Shown here in pieces: positions 1 through 9,603 of a stretch of 64,000 nucleotides of DNA (its first letter is position 1; every line of letters begins with the position of its first letter). The notes beneath the pieces were generated by a model. It did no database searches. It was given only the letters and a program-made list of their open reading frames with translations, and was not told the origin of the DNA. The stretch is from Gemmatimonadota bacterium. GTDB lineage: Bacteria > Gemmatimonadota > Gemmatimonadetes > Palauibacterales > Palauibacteraceae. The stretch is from assembly GCA_051004775.1 (NCBI GenBank), contig JBPCJZ010000084.1:16589-80588 (forward strand), written 5' to 3'. Both the position numbers and the translations under genes were made by a program.

Positions 1-64
1 ACATTTTGCACGCAGAAGGCCCGCGTTATGTTCGATCGTCCACAATATCCCTCCAGGAGAGCTG

Positions 65-523
65 ATGGCCGGAGTCAATCGGACCGGAGTAATGGCCGGC
101 GGTCTGACCGCAGGCGTGATCCTCGTGGCCAGCGGGTTGGGACTCGGGCTCTTCGTCATCCTTCCGGAGGCACGACCTCTCATCGCCGAAGGTTACTCGC
201 CCAGTCCGGCGATTCCACTGCTCTTCCGACTCGGCCTTGGATTCGTCCTCGTCTGGGCGTACGCCGGCCTGCGTCCCCGCTACGGCGTGGGAGCGCGGTC
301 TGTCCTCGCGGCGGCGCTTACCGTATGGGCGGCAGCAACGGTCGGCGTCGTGTCGATCGCGTCGATGTTTCCCACCCTGTCTCCCCTGACGGCGGCGCTG
401 GTCGTGGTCTGGGGTCTCATCGAGTGCGTCGGCGCCGGCCTGGCGGGGGCGGCCATCTACCGCCGCCTGGCCGCCGCGCGAGCTCGCAGGCGGGGGAAGA
501 GCGTCGGCGAGCCCGTGGTGTGA
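65..523 (+). CDS. Hypothetical integral membrane protein (~4 TM)
   Basis: 152-aa ORF with four hydrophobic stretches; AGGAG RBS just upstream; no recognised family. Confidence 0.75.
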   Translation: MAGVNRTGVMAGGLTAGVILVASGLGLGLFVILPEARPLIAEGYSPSPAIPLLFRLGLGFVLVWAYAGLRPRYGVGARSVLAAALTVWAAATVGVVSIASMFPTLSPLTAALVVVWGLIECVGAGLAGAAIYRRLAAARARRRGKSVGEPVV

Positions 524-577
524 CCCGCCCGCTCGCCCGCGAACTGGCGAGCGGCGATGCGATGGACACAGCCTTGC

Positions 578-1219
578 TCAGCGGCCGATCGGCAGGCCCA
601 CTCCGAGGAAGAATTCCCACGCGCGGTTCTTGACGCTGCCGTCCGCGCCGCTGTCGTCGAGATTCGTGACTCCGAGATCGTAGCGAGCGTCTCCGGTGAC
701 CACGAACCGCCCGGCGGGCACGTCGACGCCGGCGCCGAACACGAGTCCGAAGTCGGCGCTCTTCGTGTCGACGTCCACCCGTTCACAATTGGCCTCGGCC
801 TCGCCCCCCTCGATGTCGAATCCCGAGATCTCGCAGCCCGTCTCGAAGGCGATCGTCGGGCCGAGATACACGCGAGGGCTGAGGCCGGATGCCGTCGAGA
901 TGTGATACTGCACGAGGATGGGCACCTGGATGTAGCTCAACTCCAGTTCGCCGCTCCCGGTGTCACCCTTGACGCCCTTGTTCAGGTAGAGCGCCTCGGG
1001 CTGGACGGACAGGGCGCCGGCGATCTGAACCTGGAGAAACGCGCCGAAGCCGAAGCCCGTCTTGCTCTTCGTGCCTTCGAGTTCCTGCTCCTCGGTGGCG
1101 CTCAGGTCGGAGACGATGAGACCCCCCTTGATGCCCACCATGTTCTGCTGGGCCTGAGCGCTCGGGACGACAGCCAGGCCTGACAGGGCCAGGGTGGATA
1201 AAACGATCAGTTTTCGCAT
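578..1219 (-). CDS. Outer-membrane beta-barrel (porin family, OMP_b-brl_2-like) protein
   Basis: Start re-assigned to ATG 1219 (MRKLIV..., RBS AGGAGA); signal peptide ending AQA; GIKGG, VQPEALY, YIQVP, ARYDLG and terminal WEFFLGVGL beta-strand pattern. Confidence 0.8.
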   Translation of the reverse strand: MRKLIVLSTLALSGLAVVPSAQAQQNMVGIKGGLIVSDLSATEEQELEGTKSKTGFGFGAFLQVQIAGALSVQPEALYLNKGVKGDTGSGELELSYIQVPILVQYHISTASGLSPRVYLGPTIAFETGCEISGFDIEGGEAEANCERVDVDTKSADFGLVFGAGVDVPAGRFVVTGDARYDLGVTNLDDSGADGSVKNRAWEFFLGVGLPIGR

Positions 1220-1430
1220 GGGGCGTCTCCTGACGCTGAAAGTCAGCACGGCTGAAGACGACGGGAGGCGGGGCGGGGCCTTCGAGTCGGCAACGCTGGG
1301 ACGACTCGGTGTCGCCGCCGCCGCTCCCGGTCGGGAAGGAGCCGGTAGTTGAGCGATATTCTACGCGGTGTTTCGGGCAGAGTCCAGCAATTGGCTTGCC
1401 CCCCGACCGCACCTCGTCGACAATACCCCG

Positions 1431-3698
1431 ATGGCACCCGTTTCAGCGCTCCGAGCACTCGTTCCAGTCGCCCTGGCCGCCACCGGTTTAGTCTCGATGG
1501 CCGGCGTCGCGTCGCGCGACTCCACGTCGTCGACGCCGGGAGGTTCGCCCGGTTGCGCCGCGGTCGACTCGAGTGGGCACGCACCGTCCCAGATGGATTC
1601 GGGTCGCGACTTGTTCTGTGTCCATCTCACCCCGGCGCCCGACTTTCGGGACGCGGTCGGAACGGTGGAGCTCCGCCGGATCCCCGGTCCGTTCACGGTG
1701 AGCCCGACGGTAGACGGACGAATGCGTTACGAGGGGATTGCGGACATCGGGGGCTTGCCGCCGGTGGACTCGCTCGGCGGGTTCGATGGATTCGCCGTGT
1801 GGATCGCCGGGCCGTCGATGACCCCGGCGCGTCGCATCGGACCGATACGGGAAGGCCGAACTTCGATCGGCCCGATCGACCTCAACCGATGGCTGATTCT
1901 CGTAGTGGCCGAGCGGGCGGGCGACGCCGAGGCCGTCGAACTGCCGCGAGGGCCGATCATCCTGCGCGGCCAGTCGCCCAGCCTGCGGAGACGCCCGGCC
2001 GATTTCCTCGAGTTCGCGCTCGGGGCGGCCCCGGTCGCGGAAGGAGTGACGGGCGCGGACGGAATGCCCCACGGGGCGATGCACGCCGGGGGCGGTGACG
2101 CGCCGGGGGACTCGGCCCGCTGGACCTCGGTACCCATGCCTGCGGGCGTCACCATGCTGGCGGCGATGATGCGGCTCCGTCCCGACGTGAAACCCTGGTT
2201 GCCGCGCCCTTCCGGCGCTCCGCCTCCCGCGGCCAGGCCGCGCGAGCGGCTGGAACTGAGCGATGGAGATACGCTGCGGCTCGAAGCGGCCCCGGTACTT
2301 CTCCGGATGCTGGGCCGCGACTTCGTCATGTATGGCTTCAACGGGCAGATACCCGGGCCTCTCCTCTCGGTGGCGCGGGAGGCCGAGATCACGGTTCAGT
2401 TCACGAACCACATCGACTGGCCGACGGCGATTCACTGGCACGGCATCCGTCTCGACAACGCGAGCGACGGCGTGCCCTTCGTCACGCAGGATCCGGTGCC
2501 CCCCGGCGGGAGCTTCACCTACACGGTGCGGTTTCCCGACGCCGGAATCTACTGGTACCATCCGCATCATCGTGAAGACGTCCTCCAGGACCTCGGCCTG
2601 TACGGCAATCTTCTCGTGGCGGACCCGCGGGCCGGGTACTTCGGACCGGCGCATCGCGAAGAAGTCCTCATGCTGGACGACCTGCTGGTGGGGGACGACG
2701 GACCGGTGCCGTACGGGGCGGAGGGCGCGACGCACCGGTTGAACGGTCGCTTCGGCAACGTGCTTCTGGTCAACGGACGGCCCGACTTCCGTCTGCGGGT
2801 CCAACCCGGCGAAGTCGTGCGTTTCTTCCTGACGAACGTGTCCAACACGCGCACGTACAATCTCTCGTTCGCCGGGGCGCGGATGAAGCTGGTGGGCTCC
2901 GACGTCGGAAATTTCGAGCGCGAGGAATGGATCGAGAGCCTCGTCCTGGCGCCGGCCGAGCGCTACGTGGTCCACGTCCGGTTCGATCGGTCAGGCGCCG
3001 CCGCGCTGCTCAACCGGGTGCAGGCGGTCGACCACATCAACGCGCGTTTCTTCGCGGAGGAAGACACCCTGGCGCATATCGACGTGTCGGGCGCCGGAGC
3101 GACCCCCGACCTCGATGCGGACTTCGCGGTACTCCGCGAGTCATCGGCCGCGGCGCGCTCCCTCGACCCGTACCGGGCGCTGATCGATCGTCCGGTGGAC
3201 CATCGACTCGTTCTCGAGATGCGCCCACGCGAGCTCCCCCTCGTCGTGCGGCGGCTGATGCAGGTGGACTCGACGTGGTTCGCGCCGGTCGAATGGTCCG
3301 GGACGATGCCGATGATGAACTGGATGTCGACGGGGACCCACGTCGCGTGGGTGCTGCGCGACCCCGACAGCGGCCTCGAGGACATGGCCATCGACTGGCG
3401 ATTCGACACGGGTGACGTCGTCAAGGTGCGGCTGCACAATCGGCGAGACGTGCTGCATGCGATGCACCATCCCATCCACCTGCACGGACAACGGTTCCTC
3501 GTCGTCGAGCAGGACGGTGTTCGCAACACCAACCTCGTGTGGAAGGACACGGTGCTCATTCCCGTCGGTTCCACCGTCGACATTCTCCTCGACGTTTCGA
3601 ACCCCGGCGCCTGGATGCTCCATTGCCACATCGCGGAGCACCTCGAAGCCGGGATGAAGATGGTCTTTCACGTCGACGGCCCGGGCGGGGTGGAGTGA
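1431..3698 (+). CDS. Multicopper oxidase (CueO/laccase-like) with extra N-terminal domain
   Basis: All four copper motifs present: HWHG, WYHPH, HPIHLHG, WMLHCHIAEHLEAGM; signal-like N-terminus from ATG 1431 (ORF track start 1368). Confidence 0.9.
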   Translation: MAPVSALRALVPVALAATGLVSMAGVASRDSTSSTPGGSPGCAAVDSSGHAPSQMDSGRDLFCVHLTPAPDFRDAVGTVELRRIPGPFTVSPTVDGRMRYEGIADIGGLPPVDSLGGFDGFAVWIAGPSMTPARRIGPIREGRTSIGPIDLNRWLILVVAERAGDAEAVELPRGPIILRGQSPSLRRRPADFLEFALGAAPVAEGVTGADGMPHGAMHAGGGDAPGDSARWTSVPMPAGVTMLAAMMRLRPDVKPWLPRPSGAPPPAARPRERLELSDGDTLRLEAAPVLLRMLGRDFVMYGFNGQIPGPLLSVAREAEITVQFTNHIDWPTAIHWHGIRLDNASDGVPFVTQDPVPPGGSFTYTVRFPDAGIYWYHPHHREDVLQDLGLYGNLLVADPRAGYFGPAHREEVLMLDDLLVGDDGPVPYGAEGATHRLNGRFGNVLLVNGRPDFRLRVQPGEVVRFFLTNVSNTRTYNLSFAGARMKLVGSDVGNFEREEWIESLVLAPAERYVVHVRFDRSGAAALLNRVQAVDHINARFFAEEDTLAHIDVSGAGATPDLDADFAVLRESSAAARSLDPYRALIDRPVDHRLVLEMRPRELPLVVRRLMQVDSTWFAPVEWSGTMPMMNWMSTGTHVAWVLRDPDSGLEDMAIDWRFDTGDVVKVRLHNRRDVLHAMHHPIHLHGQRFLVVEQDGVRNTNLVWKDTVLIPVGSTVDILLDVSNPGAWMLHCHIAEHLEAGMKMVFHVDGPGGVE

Positions 3699-4420
3699 CG
3701 GAGCCGGAAGCGTCGCCCTCGGTAGTGCGCCGGCACTTCGACAGCGTCGCGTTGGAGTACGAGACCAACCGTCTCGGCGGCTGGTACACGGCCCACGGCC
3801 GCTTCATCGCCGACGCGCTGGCGGGCCGACGGTTCCGCACCGTCGTCGACATCGGGTGCGGCACGGGGTGGCTGCTTCGCGAATTGCACCGTCGAGGCAT
3901 GCTCGAACGCGGTATCGGTCTCGACCTGTCACCGAACATGGTCGACGAAGCTGTGCGCCTCGCCCGGCTCGAAGGGGTCGACGATCTCGAGTTCCACGTG
4001 TGCGAATGGCCCGATGACATTCCGGCCAGCCTGGCGGCGGACCTGTCGGACGCCGTCGACCTTGTCGTGTGCGCCAGCAGCCTGCACTACTTCGTCGATA
4101 TCGAGCGAGCGCTGCTGCGCTGCCGCGACCTCCTCGCCGCCGGGGGAACGATCGCCATCCTGGAGCGTGCTCCGGAGCGTTCCTGGCCGACGCGGGCCTG
4201 GGGCCGCCTCCACGCACTAATCTTGCAGGATGGCGTCACGTTCATCGATACCGGGGACTTGCAGGAGGGCCTGCGGCGCGCCGGATTCCAGGATATCGCG
4301 GTCGCGGGGGTTCTGCGGCGATACTTCTGGAAGGGAAAGATCATCACGAGCATGGCGCTGTCCACGGCATGCGTCCCGTCTCCGAAGAGCGACCCGCGGG
4401 GACGAAGGAGTCCAGCTTGA
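3695..4420 (+). CDS. Class I SAM-dependent methyltransferase
   Basis: VVDIGCGTG motif I, GLDLSPNM, DLVVCASSLHY; GTG start overlaps upstream stop (GTGA). Confidence 0.85.
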   Translation: MTEPEASPSVVRRHFDSVALEYETNRLGGWYTAHGRFIADALAGRRFRTVVDIGCGTGWLLRELHRRGMLERGIGLDLSPNMVDEAVRLARLEGVDDLEFHVCEWPDDIPASLAADLSDAVDLVVCASSLHYFVDIERALLRCRDLLAAGGTIAILERAPERSWPTRAWGRLHALILQDGVTFIDTGDLQEGLRRAGFQDIAVAGVLRRYFWKGKIITSMALSTACVPSPKSDPRGRRSPA

Positions 4421-5481
4421 ATCCACTGGTAGACGCACCGGCCTCGCGCATTCCGCTGCCGCCGCAGTTCGCGGGGCTGCGCGATCGCCGCATCCTCGTC
4501 ACGGGCGTCGGCGGGTTCATCGGCGGCGCCCTGTTCCAGCGGCTGGTGGCGTACGGCCTCGACGTACTGGGAACCGTGCAGTACGAGGAGGAAGCCGAGA
4601 CTCTGCGCGCTCGCGGGTTCTCCGCCGACGTCCTGGACCTGGCGGATCTGGGGCCGTGGGATCCCCTCGTCGCCGGCCGCGACCTCGTGTTTCACGTCGC
4701 GGCGGCGTTCCAGGAGACGGAGCTGCCCGAGTCGGCCTACGACGTGGCCAATCACCAGGCGCCGCTCGAACTCGCCCGCGTGGCGGCCGCGGCCGGCGTG
4801 TCCCGCTTCGTTCATTGCAGCACCGTGGGCGTGCACGGCGACGTGCTCGAACTTCCCGCGACCGAACGTACGCCGTTTCATCCGATGGACGTGTACCATC
4901 GGACGAAGCTGGCCGGTGAACTAGCCGTCGTGGAGTTTGCTGTCCGGCAGCCCGAGGACGGGATGGTCGTGGTGGTCAATCGGCCCGCGATGGTGTATGG
5001 CCCCGGAGACACGCGGCTGCTGAAACTCTACCAGGCGATTCTGCGCCGACAGTTCGTGATGATCGGCTCGGGCGCTACGCTCGCCCACCTCGGCTACATC
5101 GACGACCAGGTGGATTCGTTCCTTCTGTGCGCCCTGCGGCCGCGGGCCGACGTCCACGGCGAGGCGTTCAACATCGCGTCGGGCACGCCGATCCCCCTGA
5201 CGGAGCTCGCCAGCCTCATCGCGGCGTCCTGCGGCGTACGGCTGCGTCGCCTGAAGGTTCCGCTGGCGCCCGTGCTGCTGGCGGGCCGCGTCTGCGAGGC
5301 GCTTTGCGCGCCGTTCGGCCTCCGGCCGCCGCTGTCGCGCAGGCGCGTCGGTTTCTTCAGCCACAATCGCGCGTTCGACCTCACCAAGGCGCGAGAGCGC
5401 CTCGGCTACGAGTCGGCCTGGCTCCCGGACGAGGGAATCCCGGCGACGATCGCGTGGTATCGGGAGAACGACCTGCTCTGA
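4417..5481 (+). CDS. NAD-dependent epimerase/dehydratase (extended SDR)
   Basis: TGVGGFIG Rossmann motif, STVGVHG, YHRTK catalytic YxxxK, RPAMVYGPGD; TTG start overlaps upstream stop (TTGA) with AAGGAG RBS. Confidence 0.88.
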   Translation: MNPLVDAPASRIPLPPQFAGLRDRRILVTGVGGFIGGALFQRLVAYGLDVLGTVQYEEEAETLRARGFSADVLDLADLGPWDPLVAGRDLVFHVAAAFQETELPESAYDVANHQAPLELARVAAAAGVSRFVHCSTVGVHGDVLELPATERTPFHPMDVYHRTKLAGELAVVEFAVRQPEDGMVVVVNRPAMVYGPGDTRLLKLYQAILRRQFVMIGSGATLAHLGYIDDQVDSFLLCALRPRADVHGEAFNIASGTPIPLTELASLIAASCGVRLRRLKVPLAPVLLAGRVCEALCAPFGLRPPLSRRRVGFFSHNRAFDLTKARERLGYESAWLPDEGIPATIAWYRENDLL

Positions 5482-5487
5482 AAGCGG

Positions 5488-5509
5488 TGACGGCCCACTG
5501 ACGGCCCGC
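5488..5509. repeat. 11-bp tandem duplication TGACGGCCC(A/G)C x2
   Basis: Read directly from the sequence, in the convergent intergenic gap. Confidence 0.7.
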
Positions 5510-5553
5510 TGAATCTCCGCCGAAGGCCCGGAGTTTCTCGAGCCCTCTCGGTG

Positions 5554-6795
5554 TCAGAGCAGAATGAGCGCGGCAAGCAGGACCGATTGCAGACTGGCGT
5601 AGGCGTTCCGGAGAGAACAAACGTAGGCCTCCGCCGAGTAGCGTTCCTCGGCACGGGCGCGAGCGGCAGCCCCAAGCCGCTGACGCCCCACTTCGTCTCG
5701 GGCCAGGCCCTCGAGCGTGGTGGCCAGGGCCTCGCCGTCGGGTTCGAACAGAGCGGCCGTCGTGTCGTCCAGCACCTCGGTATGCGTGCTCAGGCGCGTG
5801 GCCGCGATCGCTCTCCCCGCCGCCATGTAGGAGTAGATCTTCAGAGGCGTATTGCCGCCGCGCGTGCGCGGGGAGACGAGGACGTCGGCCTGGGCGAGAT
5901 AGAGAGCGAGGTCACCGAGCGGCCGCCGCCCGAAGAAGTGGATCCTGTCTGTCAGGCCTCGTTGCCGGACCTGATCCCGGAAGCTTGCTACGCGAACGTC
6001 CGTACCGCCGATCACCGCGATGCCGATCCCCGACCCGGCGGGCAGCCGCTCGGCCGCGTCGACGAGGAGATCGATTCCCTGGTAGCTGACGAGGTTGCCG
6101 ACGTACAGCGCCAGGGTGTGCGCATGAGGGAATGCGCCGCGGATGTCGTCGGGCGTCTCGCCGGTGGGTTCCTCATCTACGGGTGTGTCACGCAGTACGT
6201 GGACTCGATCCGCCGAATGGGCGTGCGACCGGGCGAAGTCCACGAGGTCGTCGGATACCGCGAGCACCAGGTCCGACGCCCTCACGGCCCAGTTCTCGAG
6301 CCAGCGGATCGGGCTGGCGAACGCGCGAAACGCCCAATGGCCTTCGAGGATGGACGCGGACAGGCTCGAATCCATGTCGTAGACGACCTTCGCCCCGTGG
6401 CGCCGACGGAGGACCAGCGCGGGGAAGATCGCCTCCTCGACCGCGTGCACGACGTCGTAGGCCCCGGGCTTCGCGCGTCGGGCGATCGCCGTGACGAGGG
6501 GTACGTCGAGGGCGATCTTGCGCCACGACAGTCCGACGGGCACCTCGTTGATGCCCGGGAGTCCGGGCGACCGAAACGTCCGGGCGGGCGCCAGCGACAT
6601 TTCCCGGCCGATCGGATACGTCAGGACATCCACCGCGTGGCCCTCCGACGTGAGGCAGCGGACGAGTCGCCGCGTCGCGATCGGCGTCCCGCGTTCCTCG
6701 TAGAACGGTTGCGGCGCTACGACCAGAATCTTCAGTCTCTGACTCCGAGGTCGGATCGTCGGTGTCGCACCGATGCTACGGGGCGGGGAGTTCAT
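5554..6795 (-). CDS. Glycosyltransferase family 4 (GT-B)
   Basis: KILVVAP N-terminus, LYVGNLVSYQGIDLL, ADVLVSPR...PLKIYSYMAAGRAI, typical of GT4; exact start uncertain. Confidence 0.85.
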   Translation of the reverse strand: MNSPPRSIGATPTIRPRSQRLKILVVAPQPFYEERGTPIATRRLVRCLTSEGHAVDVLTYPIGREMSLAPARTFRSPGLPGINEVPVGLSWRKIALDVPLVTAIARRAKPGAYDVVHAVEEAIFPALVLRRRHGAKVVYDMDSSLSASILEGHWAFRAFASPIRWLENWAVRASDLVLAVSDDLVDFARSHAHSADRVHVLRDTPVDEEPTGETPDDIRGAFPHAHTLALYVGNLVSYQGIDLLVDAAERLPAGSGIGIAVIGGTDVRVASFRDQVRQRGLTDRIHFFGRRPLGDLALYLAQADVLVSPRTRGGNTPLKIYSYMAAGRAIAATRLSTHTEVLDDTTAALFEPDGEALATTLEGLARDEVGRQRLGAAARARAEERYSAEAYVCSLRNAYASLQSVLLAALILL

Positions 6796-6995
6796 CCTGT
6801 ACCATTAGTTGCGGAAAAGCAGTACTCGCCCCCACAGCGGCCCGGCTGGCGTTCGCTGACGGTGGCACTCGACCCCATGGTTAAGCAAGAGCGTTGCCAA
6901 GATGCGCGACCGCGCGGAACCCCCGCGCACGACACCGACGAAACCCGTAGATTCTCCGCGTCAGCCCCCCCCGTGAATTCCAGGAGAGGTGGAGC

Positions 6996-8441
6996 ATGGT
7001 GAAACGGTCAGCGGTGGTCCCTTGCCTCGTCGCGCTGGTCGCGACGTTCGGTTGTCTGCTTCCCGAAGCCGCGGCGCAGTCCAGCGACCAACTATCGGAG
7101 AACGTGCGCAAGTATGTCGAGGTCGGCGAACCGGTCGTCGCCCTCGAGAACGTGACCTTGCTCGACGGGACCGGCTCCCCGGCGCGCCAGGGCCAGACGA
7201 TCGTCATCTCGAACGGAAGAATCGCCGCCGTGGGCGCGGCGGGCGAGGTCGAGATCCCGCGAGACGCCCGGCGACTCGACCTGAGCGGCCGTACCGTGGT
7301 CCCCGGACTGGTCGGCCTGCACGACCACCTCTTCTACATGGCAGCAGGCGGACGGGCGTCGCAGGCCAACTTCACGGCGCCGCGGCTGTATCTGGGGGCG
7401 GGCGTGACGACGATCCGCACGACGGGGAGCCGCCGTCCCTACGACGACATCAACGTCCGGGCCGACATCGAGCGCGGCTTCACACCGGGGCCTCGTATCC
7501 ACATCACCGCCCCGTACATCACCGGCGTCGACGGCGCGACGAGCATGGCCCAGATCGGATCGCCGGAGCAGGCCCGCCGGTTCGTCGCCTACTGGGCGGC
7601 CGAAGGAGCGGAGTGGATCAAGGCCTATACGGCGATCACTCGCGAGGACCTGGCCGCCGCCGTCGAGGAGGCCCATGAACAGGGGATCAAGGTCACCGGC
7701 CACATCTGCTCGGTCTCGTTCCGGGAAGCCGTCGCCCTCGGCATCGACAACATCGAGCATGGCTACGCGACGGCGTCCGATTTCATCGCATCCAAAGAGC
7801 CGGATCAGTGCCCGCCGAACCTGATGGTCCTGGTCGGCAGCGAGGACCCCGTCGGTGAGACGGCGGAGGACGTGATCCGGACGCTGGTCGACGCCGGGGT
7901 CGGGATGACCTCCACGCTCGCCGTGTACGAGCCGTTCATCCAGGGTCGCCCGACGAAGGACTCCCTTACGCTGGCAGTGATGGCGCCGGAAGTCAGAGAG
8001 GACTACCTGGCCGCGCGAGAGGAGATCGACGCGGATCCCGAGTATCCGCTGACCGACGTTCACTTCGAGAAGGCCATGGCGTTCGAGAAGGCGTTCGTGG
8101 AGGCCGGCGGGCTCCTGGCGGCGGGGGTGGATCCGACGGGGCTCGGCGGCGCGATCGCCGGGTTCGGCGACCAGCGCAATTACCAGTTGCTGCACGAGGC
8201 CGGTTTCACGCCGGAGCAGACGATCCAGATCATGAGCCTGAACGGCGCGCGAATCCTCGGCGTCGACGGCGACCTCGGTTCCGTCGAAGTCGGAAAGATC
8301 GCCGATCTCGCGGTGATGGACGGCGACCTCACGGTGGACCCGGGCGCCATCCGACGGGTGAACCTCGTGTTCAAGGACGGCGTCGGCTACGACTCGCAGC
8401 GCCTCATCGACGACGTGAAGGGAAGGGTGGGCATCAACTAG
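6996..8441 (+). CDS. Secreted amidohydrolase-family protein
   Basis: Signal peptide; PGLVGLHDH (HxH), IKAY, GHI, EHG, GVDP metal ligands; C-terminal GSVEVGKIADL. Confidence 0.88.
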   Translation: MVKRSAVVPCLVALVATFGCLLPEAAAQSSDQLSENVRKYVEVGEPVVALENVTLLDGTGSPARQGQTIVISNGRIAAVGAAGEVEIPRDARRLDLSGRTVVPGLVGLHDHLFYMAAGGRASQANFTAPRLYLGAGVTTIRTTGSRRPYDDINVRADIERGFTPGPRIHITAPYITGVDGATSMAQIGSPEQARRFVAYWAAEGAEWIKAYTAITREDLAAAVEEAHEQGIKVTGHICSVSFREAVALGIDNIEHGYATASDFIASKEPDQCPPNLMVLVGSEDPVGETAEDVIRTLVDAGVGMTSTLAVYEPFIQGRPTKDSLTLAVMAPEVREDYLAAREEIDADPEYPLTDVHFEKAMAFEKAFVEAGGLLAAGVDPTGLGGAIAGFGDQRNYQLLHEAGFTPEQTIQIMSLNGARILGVDGDLGSVEVGKIADLAVMDGDLTVDPGAIRRVNLVFKDGVGYDSQRLIDDVKGRVGIN

Positions 8442-8487
8442 AAGGACTTCAGCGACCTGGCAGACCGGCTTCCAGCGAGAGCTCCGG

Positions 8488-9558
8488 CTATTCCCGGAGC
8501 GCCCTGCGTAGCTTCCGGGCGAGCTCCGACGGCTCGATACCTCCGCCGTCGGAGCTGCTCACCGCCATGCCGATCGCCCACATCGCCTGCTCCCGTACGT
8601 CCGCATCCGGGTCCTCCAGGGCATCCGACAGCGCGCCGGCGGCGCGCGGGTCCTCGATCATGCCGAGCGCCCACGCCGCTTGTTTCCGGACGTCCGCGTC
8701 GCTGTCCGAGGACAGTGCCGTCACCAGGGCGTCGACCCCCACCGGGGACTCCACCATGCCGAGGCCCCACGCCGCCTGCTCCCTGACTTTCGGGTCGGCG
8801 TCCCTCAGCAGTTCGACGAGCGGATCGACGCCCCGGGGACTCTCGATCATGCCGAGGGCCCACGCCGTCTGCTTGCGCACTTCGTGGTTCTCGTCGTCGG
8901 CGGCATCCTGCAGGGCCGGGACGCCGCGGGTGTCCTCGATCATGCCGAGCGCCCACGCCGACTGCTCGCGAACGCGCGCCTGGGTATCCGAACCGAGGGC
9001 CCGCGACAACGCGGCGATGGCCGTAGCGTCCTCGATCATCCCGAGTGCCCATGCCGCGCGTTCCCGTACGGCAGCGGTCGCATCCCCGGCCAGGCTGCTG
9101 GACAGCTCGGGGATGGCCCGAGAATCCTCGATCAGCCCCAGGGCCAGCGCAGCGTTTTCGCGGCCGATCGGATCCGCGTCTCGTAGCACTCCCAGCAGCG
9201 GGTCGAGCGCTTCGGAGCCGAGCTCCTCGAGGGCGCCGGCGGCCTCACGGCCGGGCGATGAGTCGTCGTGCCATCCGCGCCGCCAGCCATAGCCGTCGCG
9301 GCACAGCCTGCCTTCGACCGACTCGCCGTCGCTCAGCAGGCGGAGCAGCGCCGGCATGGCCGTGCGTACGGCGAGACTGCCTCTCTCTCCGAGTTCGCAG
9401 GCGGCCATCGCGCGTTCGTGGGCGTCCGCCGAATCGAGACGTTCGATGATCTCCGCGGCATCCTGGGCGAGGGCAGGTCCTGAGCACCCGAGCGCGGCGC
9501 CGGCCGCCAGCGCCAGGGCTAGAGTTCGCGGCAATCGGGCCGATATCGCAACAGACAT
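8488..9558 (-). CDS. Secreted HEAT-repeat (PBS-lyase-like) protein
   Basis: Start ATG 9558 with GGAG RBS; signal peptide ...PALAQD; 7 repeats of R-x-x-A-A-W-A-L-G-M-I-E type plus 2 divergent repeats. Confidence 0.85.
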   Translation of the reverse strand: MSVAISARLPRTLALALAAGAALGCSGPALAQDAAEIIERLDSADAHERAMAACELGERGSLAVRTAMPALLRLLSDGESVEGRLCRDGYGWRRGWHDDSSPGREAAGALEELGSEALDPLLGVLRDADPIGRENAALALGLIEDSRAIPELSSSLAGDATAAVRERAAWALGMIEDATAIAALSRALGSDTQARVREQSAWALGMIEDTRGVPALQDAADDENHEVRKQTAWALGMIESPRGVDPLVELLRDADPKVREQAAWGLGMVESPVGVDALVTALSSDSDADVRKQAAWALGMIEDPRAAGALSDALEDPDADVREQAMWAIGMAVSSSDGGGIEPSELARKLRRALRE

Positions 9559-9581
9559 GAGTCGTCTCCGGCAAGGGTAAA

Positions 9582-9593
9582 AAATTAGCATCA
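9582..9593 (-). promoter_or_regulatory. Candidate extended -10 promoter (TGC-TAATTT) overlapping an operator half-site
   Basis: Minus strand reads TGATGCTAATTT about 25 nt upstream of ATG 9558; the 9-mer TTAGCATCA (9585-9593) also occurs in the blaI promoter. Confidence 0.5.
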
Positions 9594-9603
9594 CGGGTTC
9601 CAG

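Noticed and set aside
1230-1247. Small inverted repeats CTGAC-N7-GTCAG and GCTGA-N3-TCAGC upstream of the first OMP gene
   Set aside because: 5-bp arms are expected by chance, and no second copy was seen upstream of the paralogue
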